Part shown: positions 44,099 to 54,066 of the stretch, one piece after another | How the letters are laid out: the number at the start of each line of letters is the position of its first letter | Position numbering within the stretch: the stretch's first letter is position 1 | Origin: an uncultured Anaerolineales bacterium | GTDB taxonomy: Bacteria; Chloroflexota; Anaerolineae; Anaerolineales; RBG-16-64-43 | DNA length: 64,000 bases | Reading direction: 5' to 3' | Assembly: GCA_964521085.1 (NCBI GenBank) | Contig: CAZFPL010000008.1 | Coordinates: 946 to 64,945 of the forward strand | Notes under the pieces: model-generated | Seen by the model: the letters and a program-made list of their open reading frames with translations, nothing else | Told to the model about the DNA's origin: nothing | The model's database searches: none | Made by a program: the position numbers and the translations under genes

Positions 44099-45073
44099 TC
44101 ACCCTTCCGGATGGGCTTCGAAGAAATCCCAAATCATCTGCGTTGCGCTGAGAACTCCGGCGGATGCGGTAAATCCACCCGGCCAGCCATGCCCACCACC
44201 TGGAATGGTATATAAAACAACATCCGCTCCATCGCGGCAACCGCTCCACGCCTGCCCGGTGAGGTACGTTTCGTCGAGGATCGAGGAGGGACCGGAGGCG
44301 CAACCATTGCGCGCACCCCAGGCGGAGGCCCACTGTGGGATGGGGATTCCGAAGGAGAAGTATGCCGCCGGAGGGGCATTCTGATTTCCGATTCCGTTGT
44401 AAGGAACCACCGGATCGGAATCCCCGTGGAAGGCTATGATCGCCACCCCGCGCGCCGGATCGCATCCTCCTTCCGGAGGATAAAAACCGGATACCGGCCC
44501 GATTGCGGAGATCCGGTCCGAAAGGTCGCACGCCAGCCGGTTGGCCATTCCGCCGCCGCGGGAGTGTCCGGTGGCATAGATGCGGGCCGGGTCGATGCTG
44601 CAGCGCGTTTCAAGTAGGGCGATCAGATCACGCACAAACTGCACATCGTGATTGTTGGTCACCGCGTCGATCTCCCAGGTTGGTATCTCACCTGCGCCTT
44701 GGGGATAGACGGCGATGAAACCCTCCCGGTCTGCAACGGCCGAAAAACCGCTGTATCCTTCGAAGGTATCGGCGGTTGATCCGTTGCCGTGGAAACCGAG
44801 TACGAGGGCGGCAGGCTGATCCGCCCGGTACCCCGCGGGGACGTGGATGCGGTACTTGCGCATCTGGCCGCCGGAATTGAGGTCTTCAAGCCGGCTGCCG
44901 GCTGCGCAGCCATTGGAAGGCGAGGGGGATTGTGCGATCGGCGTATCCGCCGCCGGGGATCGCCGGGTCTCCATGCTCCGGCAGCTGGTTGCCAGGAAGG
45001 CAAGGGATAAAATGGCAATGGATGGCATCTGAAAAGAAGGCAGAGTGAAATGGAATAAGCGGTTCATCTTCAC
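44099..45073 (-). CDS. Secreted PHB-depolymerase-family esterase (CE1, LpqC-like)
   Basis: Signal peptide. Contains YRIHVPAGY...ALVLGFHGNG, GFIAVYPQG, the nucleophile motif GHSRGGGMA, and IAFHGDSD. Confidence 0.8.
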   Translation of the reverse strand: MKMNRLFHFTLPSFQMPSIAILSLAFLATSCRSMETRRSPAADTPIAQSPSPSNGCAAGSRLEDLNSGGQMRKYRIHVPAGYRADQPAALVLGFHGNGSTADTFEGYSGFSAVADREGFIAVYPQGAGEIPTWEIDAVTNNHDVQFVRDLIALLETRCSIDPARIYATGHSRGGGMANRLACDLSDRISAIGPVSGFYPPEGGCDPARGVAIIAFHGDSDPVVPYNGIGNQNAPPAAYFSFGIPIPQWASAWGARNGCASGPSSILDETYLTGQAWSGCRDGADVVLYTIPGGGHGWPGGFTASAGVLSATQMIWDFFEAHPEG

Positions 45074-45193
45074 AGCACCTCCAGAAAATAAATCCTCGAA
45101 AATTATTTCTTAAAATACGGCGATATCGCGCAGAAAAATTGCATGGAGAATCCAAATAAATCCATCATCCCATTCGTGATGTAATCGACAATT

Positions 45194-46057
45194 TCAATCC
45201 GGCCAGAGTGGAAGCATCTCCCGGGTGGCGAGCAGTTTGCGCATATCCGCAGCCGCCGGCGCCTCGGCGAACCGGCTTGCCGACGCCAATACAAGCGGAA
45301 GCAGCGTGACGTCGGAGGCTGTGTTCAGGAACAGCTGCGGCCGGGCAAGCACAAAGCGCACGGCCAAATCTATATCCTCGGGCTCGGTCAGGGTTTCGTA
45401 CCAAGTTGTGGTTTTTCGCTCAGCGCCCTCCGGCCACGGACGCCGGCAGATCGACTTAATGGTCTGTAAAGCGACTCCGCGCTGCCCGCATACCTCCGCC
45501 AAACGGCGGAATCCTTCGGCGTACCGGGGATTCTGCATCATCGGATAGTTATACGGAAGCAGCACCGAAGTGAAGTCGAACCGTTCCAGCGCGCGCAGAA
45601 GGACCGCCGGCGCGAGAAGGCCGTGGCTGGTAATGCCGATAAACCGGACCAAGCCTTCCTCCTTGGATTCCTGCGCGGCTTCCAGGGCGCAGCCCGTTCC
45701 GAGTGCGGCATCCAGTGCTTCCATCGTTTGAACCGCATGCAGTTGGAGGAGGTCCACATGATCGGTTTTCAGACGCTCCAGGGACCGGCGGATTTGATCC
45801 CGCGCTTTTTCCCGGCTGCGTTCCTCGGTCTTGGTTGCCAGGAAGAAATCCTCCCGGTGGCGTTTCATCCATGGGCCGACCCGCCGTTCGGCGTCGCCGT
45901 AGGAAGCGGCGACGTCGATGTGATTGACGCCGTATTGCAGCAGGACCTGCAGGGCTTGATCGGCCACAGGCTGTGTCACCCCGGCAAGCGCCGCCGCTCC
46001 AAAAAGCAACCGCGTGCTCTCGTGCCCGGTTTTTCCGAATTGCATTTTCGCGATCAT
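45194..46057 (-). CDS. Aldo/keto reductase
   Basis: GKTGHESTRLLFGAAAL...GVNHIDVAASYGDAE...FFLATKT...DLLQLH...FIGITSH. GGGAG lies 7 nt upstream of the ATG. Confidence 0.85.
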   Translation of the reverse strand: MIAKMQFGKTGHESTRLLFGAAALAGVTQPVADQALQVLLQYGVNHIDVAASYGDAERRVGPWMKRHREDFFLATKTEERSREKARDQIRRSLERLKTDHVDLLQLHAVQTMEALDAALGTGCALEAAQESKEEGLVRFIGITSHGLLAPAVLLRALERFDFTSVLLPYNYPMMQNPRYAEGFRRLAEVCGQRGVALQTIKSICRRPWPEGAERKTTTWYETLTEPEDIDLAVRFVLARPQLFLNTASDVTLLPLVLASASRFAEAPAAADMRKLLATREMLPLWPD

Positions 46058-46123
46058 CCCAGCAACTCCCGGAATCCGTCTACGGCAGAAACGTGTTTCT
46101 TCATACGGATTCTTTCGGCTTTA

Positions 46124-46546
46124 TCAGAAACTCGCGACATATTCATCATACGCTTGTTTGACCATTTCATCGGAAATGGCCGGATGCGGCCACTCTGCTT
46201 CTTCCAGGCTTGGATCCGGTTCGGGAGGAGGAGCCACGCCAATAAACTTCTCCCATTCCTCTAATTGCCGCAGCACTGGTTTCCGGAATTGGCGAAGCTG
46301 ATTCCAGAATGTCTTTGCTTATCCGGTCACAAGGAAGGCGCCGTTCCTTTCACGTACATATCCGGAGTGCATAAGCTTTGCGATCCCGCGCCGGATTTGC
46401 GGTCCGTTCAGGACGGCATGGTTGATGTAGTCGCCGGTTGCGATGATATCCCGCAGTGACGCGCCTTGACGGATTTCTCCGATGGCGATCGAGAACAATA
46501 GCCAGGCATCCGATCCGCAGAAGACCGGGGATTTATCAACGGTCAT
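46124..46546 (-). pseudogene. Small conserved-looking ORF (141 codons) interrupted by one in-frame TAA at 46321-46319
   Basis: Codon-by-codon reading gives ...RERNGAFLVTG-TAA-AKTFWNQLRQFRKPVLRQLEEWEKFIGVAPPPEPDPSLEEAEWPHPAISDEMVKQAYDEYVASF-TGA. The 65 codons after the stop stay open in the same frame. Confidence 0.5.
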
Positions 46547-46776
46547 AGGGGATGAATCGGGAGGTCGACAAGAATATCATCACGGAAAAAGTGATTCCAC
46601 GCCTCTGAAAAGATAAAGGACAGTAATTAATTCCCTGCCCGGTTATTTTACTACTGATCCCTAAAAAAAAAATAACTGAAGAGAAGAAATCGGACGAAAA
46701 ATCACCCTCCCGTGAGGTACAAAAGGATGAAGTACCGTGATAAGATATGCGACCCATTTTACAAACGGATTGAACC

Positions 46777-47799
46777 ATGACTCTCATTGAACTCAAGGAT
46801 CTGGCCAAGCATTTTAAAATCCTCAACCGCCACGAGGGGTTGAAGGGCGCCGTGCGCGATTTGTTCTCCGGCGACTATCGAACCGTAAAGGCGGTGGATG
46901 GAATCTCCTTCAACATCGACCCGGGCGAAATCGTCGGCTACATCGGCCCGAACGGCGCGGGAAAATCGACCACGATCAAGATGATGACCGGCATCCTCAA
47001 ACCCAGCGGCGGAACGCTGTTGGTCAACGGACTCGTCCCGTACGACAACCGCATGCGCCAGGCGATGATCATGGGCGTGGTGTTCGGGCAGCGGACGCAG
47101 CTGTGGTGGGACCTGCCGGTGATCGAATCCTTTAAAATCCTGAAAGAGATCTACAAAGTGGATCAGAAAATGTTCGATGAACACCTGGGGATGTTCAACG
47201 AACTGGTCGGGTTGAAGGCGCTGTATTCCCAGCAGGCGCGGACTCTTTCCCTCGGGCAGCGGATGCTGTGCGACATCACCGCTTCCTTCCTGCATAATCC
47301 GCAGGTCGTGTTCCTCGACGAACCGACCATCGGCCTCGACGTTTCGATCAAAGCCAAGATCCGTTCGCTGATCCTGGAGTTGAACCGCACCCGCAATACC
47401 ACCATCATCCTTACCACCCATGACTTGGGCGACGTCGAAGCGTTGTGCCGGCGGATCATCATTATCGACAAGGGCAAAAACCTCTACGACGGCGAAATCA
47501 AGAAGGTCACTGCGCTGTTCGGGGCGTATCGGACGCTTAAGCTGCAGATCAAGGATTATTCCGACGCCATGCTGACCACCTTGCAGGAGCGCCTCACCGG
47601 CCGATTTGGAGCAGAGAATGGCACCACTATTTGTCAGACCGAGGATTTCTGGACCGACGTTACCATCGACCAGGCGCGGACCGCTCTGGCCGACGTACTG
47701 GCGTTTGTCATGTCGAATTTCCCGGTGACGGACGTCAGGATCGTCGAGATCACGATGGAGAATGTGGTCCGTAAAGTCTACGACGGAGCGCTGCAATGA
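46777..47799 (+). CDS. ABC transporter ATP-binding protein (ABC-2 type system)
   Basis: Walker A GPNGAGKSTT, signature LSLGQRM and Walker B VVFLDEPTIGLD, plus a C-terminal extra domain. Confidence 0.88.
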   Translation: MTLIELKDLAKHFKILNRHEGLKGAVRDLFSGDYRTVKAVDGISFNIDPGEIVGYIGPNGAGKSTTIKMMTGILKPSGGTLLVNGLVPYDNRMRQAMIMGVVFGQRTQLWWDLPVIESFKILKEIYKVDQKMFDEHLGMFNELVGLKALYSQQARTLSLGQRMLCDITASFLHNPQVVFLDEPTIGLDVSIKAKIRSLILELNRTRNTTIILTTHDLGDVEALCRRIIIIDKGKNLYDGEIKKVTALFGAYRTLKLQIKDYSDAMLTTLQERLTGRFGAENGTTICQTEDFWTDVTIDQARTALADVLAFVMSNFPVTDVRIVEITMENVVRKVYDGALQ

Positions 47800-48587
47800 G
47801 AGGGTATCTTGCATTTATGCGCGGCGCGATTATGGTGGGGGTGGTTTACCGCCTGGGATTCCTGTTCACGATCCTGGGCAACATCATCTATATGATCATC
47901 GCGTACTTTCTCTGGCGCAGCATTTACGCCGGCCGGGAAACCCTCAACGGGCTGACCTTCGACCAGGCGCTGCTGTACGTTGCGCTCGGCAGCACGACCT
48001 TCATCCTGCTTAAAACCTACACGGATTGGGGCATGGCGGGAGAGATCCGCGACGGGACGATCTCCGTCTACCTCACCAAGCCGATCGATTACCAGCTCTA
48101 CAACCTTTTCACCACCATCGGATTCGCGTCGACGAGCGTCGTCACCGTCACGCTTCCGACCGTGATCATGCTGCTCTTCGTGTTCCGGATCCACTTCGCC
48201 CTCGGCGCGGGATACCTGTTCTTCCCGATCAGCCTGCTGCTGGCGTTCATCATCAATTTCAACATGGACTACGCCGTCGGCCTGAGCGCGTTTTACACCG
48301 AATCCATCTGGGGCATCAGCACCACCAAGGAGATCACCGTATCCGTGCTTTCGGGGGCGCTCCTGCCCCTGCAATTCTTTCCGGGGGCGATCCAGCAGGT
48401 CCTGATGGTCCTTCCTTTCCAGGCCATGTTTTTTACACCGCTGATGATGGTGACCAAACCGGATCAGGACGCGGGGGTGTTCCTGCGGATGCTGGCCGTA
48501 CAGGCCCTGTGGGCGGCGGTCATGTATGTCGCCAGCCGGCTGCTCTACGACCAGGCGGTTAAAGTGCTGCGCGTGGCGGGAGGGTAG
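47796..48587 (+). CDS. ABC-2 family transporter permease
   Basis: ATGA overlap with the ATPase stop. About 6 TM helices. Confidence 0.75.
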   Translation: MRGYLAFMRGAIMVGVVYRLGFLFTILGNIIYMIIAYFLWRSIYAGRETLNGLTFDQALLYVALGSTTFILLKTYTDWGMAGEIRDGTISVYLTKPIDYQLYNLFTTIGFASTSVVTVTLPTVIMLLFVFRIHFALGAGYLFFPISLLLAFIINFNMDYAVGLSAFYTESIWGISTTKEITVSVLSGALLPLQFFPGAIQQVLMVLPFQAMFFTPLMMVTKPDQDAGVFLRMLAVQALWAAVMYVASRLLYDQAVKVLRVAGG

Positions 48588-48590
48588 GGC

Positions 48591-49388
48591 GTGCTAACCC
48601 TCGGCGAATACATCCGGTTATATTTCACGATCGAGGCGCAGTACATCAAAGGCCAGATGCAATACCGGGCGGATTTCCTGATCAGCTCGATCGGGATGTT
48701 CTTCAGCAGCCTGGCGACGCTCAGCGTCTTCGTGGTGCTGTTCAACTCGATCCCCAACCTCGCAGGCTGGAGCCTGATGGAGATGGTGTTCATCTACGCC
48801 TTCTATATGATCGCCATCTCCCCGATGCAGATCCTGTTCGATGCCATTTGGTGGATCCGATACAAGGTGCAATCGGGGGAGTTCGTGAAGTATTATTTCC
48901 GGCCCATGAACATGATGTTTTATTTCATGTCCGAACGGTTCGATATCAAAGGGCTGACCCAGCTGGCGGCGGGGATCATCCTGCTGGTGTACTCCTCGGT
49001 CCAATTGGGGTTGGCGTGGTCCGTCGGGAAGGTGCTGGTTCTACTGATCGCGGTATTCAGCGCCTCGCTGGTGCTGATTTCCATCGCGGTCATGGCGGGT
49101 TCTTCCGCCTTCTGGTTGATCAATTCTTACCCGGTGCTGGCGCTGGCCTGGAAAGTGCGCGAGTTTGCCCCGTATCCGATAACCATTTTCGACGGCATCT
49201 TCCGGTTCGCCTTCACCTTCATCCTGCCGATCGGCTTCATCGCTTTCTATCCGGCGCAGTTTTTCCTGCGCCCGGCGGAAATCTCCCCGCTGTTCTACCT
49301 GACTCCCGTCATCGGGATCGGCCTGTTCGCGTTGACGTATAAGGTCTGGACGCTGGGTGTAAACAATTATACCGGAACCGGTTCGTAG
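48591..49388 (+). CDS. ABC-2 family transporter permease (second subunit)
   Basis: GTG start 3 nt after the previous stop. About 6 TM helices; paralogous layout. Confidence 0.72.
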   Translation: MLTLGEYIRLYFTIEAQYIKGQMQYRADFLISSIGMFFSSLATLSVFVVLFNSIPNLAGWSLMEMVFIYAFYMIAISPMQILFDAIWWIRYKVQSGEFVKYYFRPMNMMFYFMSERFDIKGLTQLAAGIILLVYSSVQLGLAWSVGKVLVLLIAVFSASLVLISIAVMAGSSAFWLINSYPVLALAWKVREFAPYPITIFDGIFRFAFTFILPIGFIAFYPAQFFLRPAEISPLFYLTPVIGIGLFALTYKVWTLGVNNYTGTGS

Positions 49389-49410
49389 AAAATTCGTGAT
49401 AGATCGTATG

Positions 49411-49446
49411 AAAAAACTCCCCGCCATCTCTGGCGGGAAGTTTTTA
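49411..49446. terminator. Bidirectional intrinsic terminator between convergent genes
   Basis: AAAAAACTCCCCGCCA-tctc-TGGCGGGAAGTTTTT. Confidence 0.8.
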
Positions 49447-49475
49447 TTATTATTGATATGGACAATGCAACAGGA

Positions 49476-50399
49476 TCAACCTCTGGTGTATTGAAAGACA
49501 AGAATCTGCGAGGGCATCGAATAGAGGGTCAGAATTCGGCCGTCGTGGGAGATCACCGGAAAGCCGAAAACATCGGACACGGTCTCTTGGATCCAGCTTG
49601 CGCCGCCGTCGGAAGTATGAAAAGAAACGACTTGGCTGCTCCCGCCGCCCACCGACGGGATGATAATCACCCCGTGCATGGCATCCGTGAAACGCATCGC
49701 CGCAACGGGAGGATTCATGTCGGCGATCGTAAGAGCGGCCAGGGGCGGGGAGCCGGCCGGCTTCCAGATTTTACCGTCGTCCGCCGTGGAAAAGAGCAGG
49801 CCGGATTGGGTCAGCAGAAATCCATGACCGGCTTTAAACAGGGAGATGGCCCCGATACGGTCCGCGCCTTCCGGAAGCATTACATCATTCCAGGTGGCGG
49901 CGCCATCGGAAGTCGTCACCAGCTTGGCGGAGGTCGCCGCCCAACCGGTCCGGGTATCCAGGAAACTCAGGAAGCGGCAATGATCCGGAATCGCGGCACC
50001 GAGGTTCATTCCTTCATGCCAGGTTTTGGCGCCGTCCGAAGTGACGCGCACGGCTCCGTTGCCGCAGGCCCAGGCCGTGTTGCGGTCCACGATATCCAAA
50101 CCAAAGAGCTGGATTGCGGAAATTTTGGAGGCTTGCCAGCTTGCGCCTCCGTCCTCGGTGTATTGTACCCGGCTGTCGTCGGCGATGGTTATCCCGAATT
50201 TGGAATCGTAGAAACCGGTCAATTGAATCAAAGGCGGCGCCTGCACGGAGAGCAGGAGCGTCCATGGTTCAGGATTCTCCGTCGGAGCGGCGGTCGGCTC
50301 CGGGGTCGCCGTCGGTGGAACGGCATCGGCTTGGCACGCCGAAAGCGAAAGTACTGTTATCCCAAAGAGAGGAAGAAGAAAAAATTTATTTTTCATCAT
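49476..50399 (-). CDS. BNR/Asp-box beta-propeller lipoprotein (Ycf48-like)
   Basis: Lipobox LSLSAC. Five SxDxGxTW-like boxes are present: TEDGGASWQ, TSDGAKTWH, TSDGAATWN, ADDGKIWK and TSDGGASWI. The track start at 50411 is a TTG; ATGs at 50399 and 50396 follow GAGGTGA. Confidence 0.75.
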   Translation of the reverse strand: MMKNKFFLLPLFGITVLSLSACQADAVPPTATPEPTAAPTENPEPWTLLLSVQAPPLIQLTGFYDSKFGITIADDSRVQYTEDGGASWQASKISAIQLFGLDIVDRNTAWACGNGAVRVTSDGAKTWHEGMNLGAAIPDHCRFLSFLDTRTGWAATSAKLVTTSDGAATWNDVMLPEGADRIGAISLFKAGHGFLLTQSGLLFSTADDGKIWKPAGSPPLAALTIADMNPPVAAMRFTDAMHGVIIIPSVGGGSSQVVSFHTSDGGASWIQETVSDVFGFPVISHDGRILTLYSMPSQILVFQYTRG

Positions 50400-50429
50400 C
50401 TCACCTCGCAAAATCAGTTTTTATGATGC

Positions 50430-51749
50430 CTATGCCACCCACATGTTGAACGCGAACAGCATCGCCTCAAACCCCATCAGCAGGGCGCTGAAGATCGTCC
50501 AGGCTTTGTCGAAAGCCTTGTTCCTGCCCCAGTAGGCCAGCATGTAGAAAACCGCCGGGGCGGCGAGGATGTAACGCTGGATCCCCTGCACCGGCCCGCT
50601 GCCCCAGGAGATGACCAGAACAGCCAGACTGAACCAGGCGATCTCGGGTTTGTGTTTGAGGCAGGCGATGCAGGTGACCGCGCCGACCGCCAGTCCGATG
50701 AACTCGGTCAGGAAATACGCCGTGCTGGCGGGATTCCCGGCGGTAAGATTCTTGAACGCGTCCGACCAGAGATAGAACGCAGTGCCGAAATCCAGGAATC
50801 CGCGGTCGAAAACCCGCGCCTCGACGAAATCGAAATTAATTCCCAGCCAGGAGAATTTCCAGATCAGGAAGGTGATCAGGGGGGCGAACGCCAGGATCAT
50901 TTTCCCGAAGGAAATGAGCACTTTGCGGTTCGGCGACTTGATGAAGTAAAAAATCTGCTTCCATTCCATGTCGATGTCGAGCCAGTCGCCGGTGCGAAAC
51001 CAGGTGATCGCCATCGGGATGATCAGCGCCACGCCCACCCCCCGCGTCAGGGTGGCGGCGGCGCCGAGCAGGGCGGCGGGGATCAAATACCATCCCCGGC
51101 GGCGGAGAAACGCCAGACAGCCGAAAGCGAGCCCGACGAACAGGCCCTCGGTATAGACCTGGACCATGAAGAAACCGGTCGGGAAGATGAGCAGATAGAA
51201 GACGGCGCGCATCGATCCCTCCTCGCCGAGCGAATCGCTTGTCATGTCATAGAGGGCAAGCATCCCCCCCAAAGCTCCCAGCGCCGAAACGACAACCCCC
51301 GCCAGAGTCGCCGTCGCAACCGCATTCAACCCGAAGATGCTCAGCGGCAAAGAAAACAGCCAGATCATCCAAGGGTAGAAGGGAAAGAAGGCGTACGCCA
51401 GCGAGGTGGACTCGCCGTAGTATATAGTTCCCTGCAACAGCATGTGATAGTCGAACGTGGTCGTGCTGAAGGGCGTGAGGTGCGGAATTTTCGGGTCGTC
51501 GTACCCGCCGACGGCGATGCCGATGTAGTATTCCGAATCCCAGCACACTTGGTCGTTTAAAAACGGTTCCAGCAGGTACGGACGGTTTACCTGATACGTT
51601 TTCGGGTCGGTGTACATCTCGGTCCATTTTTGGGAGCGGTCGGGCCACTGCGGCTGAAACCGGGCCGTCGCCAGGGCCTGATAGCCGATCACGAGGAGCG
51701 CCCAGGCCAGCCAGATGAGGACGATGTTGCGGAAGGCGATCTTGTTCAT
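50430..51749 (-). CDS. Polytopic GT-C-like membrane protein (PIG-V/mannosyltransferase-2-like)
   Basis: Contains the WDSEYYIGIAVGGYDDP motif in the first loop (compare WD..Y..IA..GY of PIG-V-type enzymes). More than 10 TM helices. Confidence 0.6.
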   Translation of the reverse strand: MNKIAFRNIVLIWLAWALLVIGYQALATARFQPQWPDRSQKWTEMYTDPKTYQVNRPYLLEPFLNDQVCWDSEYYIGIAVGGYDDPKIPHLTPFSTTTFDYHMLLQGTIYYGESTSLAYAFFPFYPWMIWLFSLPLSIFGLNAVATATLAGVVVSALGALGGMLALYDMTSDSLGEEGSMRAVFYLLIFPTGFFMVQVYTEGLFVGLAFGCLAFLRRRGWYLIPAALLGAAATLTRGVGVALIIPMAITWFRTGDWLDIDMEWKQIFYFIKSPNRKVLISFGKMILAFAPLITFLIWKFSWLGINFDFVEARVFDRGFLDFGTAFYLWSDAFKNLTAGNPASTAYFLTEFIGLAVGAVTCIACLKHKPEIAWFSLAVLVISWGSGPVQGIQRYILAAPAVFYMLAYWGRNKAFDKAWTIFSALLMGFEAMLFAFNMWVA

Positions 51750-51756
51750 GTCGGGC

Positions 51757-52839
51757 TCACTTTTCTATGCCGGTGACGACCATATCCTGCATGAAGAAAC
51801 GCTGGGCAAAGAAGAGGATGACAATCGGGACGATCATCAGGACGATGGCGCTGGTCTGCAGCATCTCGGGGGTGAAGCCGTAGGTGATAAACGCCTGGGC
51901 GCTGAAAGCCATCGTGCGCAGGTCCAACCGGGTGCCCAGATACAGGCTGGCCATGCGCATCTCGTTCCAGGTATTGAAAAATTGCAGCAGCCCCACCGTG
52001 ATGACCACGGGCAGCGATTGCGGCAGAATAATGGAGACCAGCGTGCGCAAAGGACCGGCGCCATCCAACATGGCGGCTTCATCCATGTCGCGGGGGATGG
52101 TTTTAAAATTCTGCCGCAGCAGGAAGATGTAAATGGCGCTGCCGAAGAATTGCGGGACGATGAGCGGAAGGAGACTGCCGTTCCAATTCAGGACGCGCGT
52201 ATAGATCACGAACGTCGGGACCAAGGTGATGCTGTCCGGGATCATGATGGTCGCGATGCACAGGAAGAACAGGAACCGGCCGCCCGGAATGCGGAAGCGG
52301 GAGAATCCGTACGCCACCGCGATCGAAGAACACAGAACACCGATCTCCCCCAGAATGACCACGACCATGGAATTCCGGAAGAGGTTCAGGTAGTCGATCG
52401 ATTCCCAAAGCGATACAAAATTGCGGAACGTAATGGACGGCGAATAGGCTTTGCGCAGACTGCGCCAGGAACCATCCCAGTGGATGAGACCCGCTGCTGG
52501 ATTGGCCGGGTCCACAAACTCGCTGTACTTTCGGAAAGAATTAACCAACGCCCATTGCTTGACCCCGTCCGCGGTCGAGACCTCATACACGGGATACTCG
52601 GTTCCCTGGTAATTGAACGTAAAGGCCACCGCCGGGTAGAGGGGTGCGGAACCGTCGCTCAGTTGCGCGCTCGTTTTCAGAGACGTGGCGACCATGTAGG
52701 TGAGCGGGGAAAGATACGCGAAGATGGCAATCCAAATGAAAAGGTTAACGAGAGCCGTCCCCGTGAAATTCCACATCCGAAAGGTCAGCGTGGAAACGTT
52801 GAAAAGGCGGCGGAGGTTTTGGAATCTAGAATTCGACAT
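51757..52839 (-). CDS. Carbohydrate ABC transporter permease (MalG-like) with ~100-aa extracytoplasmic insertion
   Basis: The EAA loop reads DEAAMLDGAGPLRTLVSIILPQS. A long loop lies between TM1 and TM2. Confidence 0.85.
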   Translation of the reverse strand: MSNSRFQNLRRLFNVSTLTFRMWNFTGTALVNLFIWIAIFAYLSPLTYMVATSLKTSAQLSDGSAPLYPAVAFTFNYQGTEYPVYEVSTADGVKQWALVNSFRKYSEFVDPANPAAGLIHWDGSWRSLRKAYSPSITFRNFVSLWESIDYLNLFRNSMVVVILGEIGVLCSSIAVAYGFSRFRIPGGRFLFFLCIATIMIPDSITLVPTFVIYTRVLNWNGSLLPLIVPQFFGSAIYIFLLRQNFKTIPRDMDEAAMLDGAGPLRTLVSIILPQSLPVVITVGLLQFFNTWNEMRMASLYLGTRLDLRTMAFSAQAFITYGFTPEMLQTSAIVLMIVPIVILFFAQRFFMQDMVVTGIEK

Positions 52840-53773
52840 TGTCTTCCTCCTCGGGGAAATGAACCCAGTGACGCGCCGAACGGAAGATGGCCAGCGTGAT
52901 GATCATCACGACGATAAACATGACCCAGGCCAGCGCGCTGGCATACCCCAGATTCGAGTAGGAAAACATCTGTCGATTAATATAGGATTCCATCGGCGAA
53001 AGACTCGCGCTGAAGGGAAGGCCGCGATCGAGCAGCGCCACGCCGCCAAAGGCGCTGATCATATTGATCACCAGGCTGAAGAAAATAGCCGGGGAGATCA
53101 TCGGTATGGTGATGGAAAAGAAGCGGTTGATCGGCCCCGCCCCGTCGACGCGTGCCGCTTCGTAGATCTCCGGCGGGACACTTTGCATCGCGCCCAGCAT
53201 GATCAGAAATCCCGGTCCGATGGTCCAGACCGCCAGTAGAATGGGAAAAACAGCATACAGACCGGCCAGCGGCGGTAGACCGAGCGGATCGAGGATCAGG
53301 CGGTCGATCCATCCGCTTCCCGGGGTGGCGAGGCCGCTGACAATGAAGAAGATGGCGATGGCCGGGATGATGCTGGGCATGAAGAAGAGGGTGCGCAGGA
53401 TGGTTTTGCTTCGCATGCGCTTGCTGGAAAAAAATAACGCCAGACCCAGAGCCACCAGCATCTCGATCGGCACCGCCTGTACAAAATAGGCGATAGATCC
53501 GAAGAGGCTGCTTCCGGCTCCTGTATCCTTGAAGAAATCGATATAGTTCGTCAAGCCGATAAATTTCGTCTTCTCGGGTTCCAGCATTTTAAAATTCGTA
53601 AACGAAAAACCCAGCGCGGCAAGAATGGGCATTGCTTTCAGAAGCAAGAATCCCAAAATCCAGGGGGAGAGGAATATAAATCCGACCAGCCCTTCCCTCT
53701 GCCGCATGGTCAATTGCCTGTGCGGCCCCAATAACCTCTTAAAAATATTCCATCTGTTTTTAGTGCTATCCAT
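52826..53773 (-). CDS. Carbohydrate ABC transporter permease (MalF-like)
   Basis: GGGAGG lies 8 nt upstream of the ATG at 53773 (MDSTKNRW...). The EAA loop reads YEAARVDGAGPINRFFSITIPMISP. Confidence 0.85.
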   Translation of the reverse strand: MDSTKNRWNIFKRLLGPHRQLTMRQREGLVGFIFLSPWILGFLLLKAMPILAALGFSFTNFKMLEPEKTKFIGLTNYIDFFKDTGAGSSLFGSIAYFVQAVPIEMLVALGLALFFSSKRMRSKTILRTLFFMPSIIPAIAIFFIVSGLATPGSGWIDRLILDPLGLPPLAGLYAVFPILLAVWTIGPGFLIMLGAMQSVPPEIYEAARVDGAGPINRFFSITIPMISPAIFFSLVINMISAFGGVALLDRGLPFSASLSPMESYINRQMFSYSNLGYASALAWVMFIVVMIITLAIFRSARHWVHFPEEEDNVEF

Positions 53774-54066
53774 AAATCGAAACCTCCCAGCAACGGGCAT
53801 CCGAACGCGGATGCCTGTAACCCGCGAAGTGCCGCCACTGCCCATGACACGGAATTGTCCGTCCTCAGAGAAGAAAACCGGAGTTTGGACCCCGGGAATA
53901 TTCAGTAAGGCGACTCTGTTTTACTTCCCATGACCAACCGGGAAAATGAACATAAACGGATCCTATTTCTATGTCGTATCCCGCGACAACAGCCGGTGGA
54001 TGGAAGCCCAATCCGGGAACCGGAACGGAGGAAGCCGAAACAGCTCCCATTACTTATTGGAACTGA

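Noticed and set aside
46319-46321. Recoding of the in-frame stop as selenocysteine or pyrrolysine
   Set aside because: The codon is TAA, not TGA or TAG. I noticed no SECIS-like hairpin, and no sel or pyl genes lie nearby.
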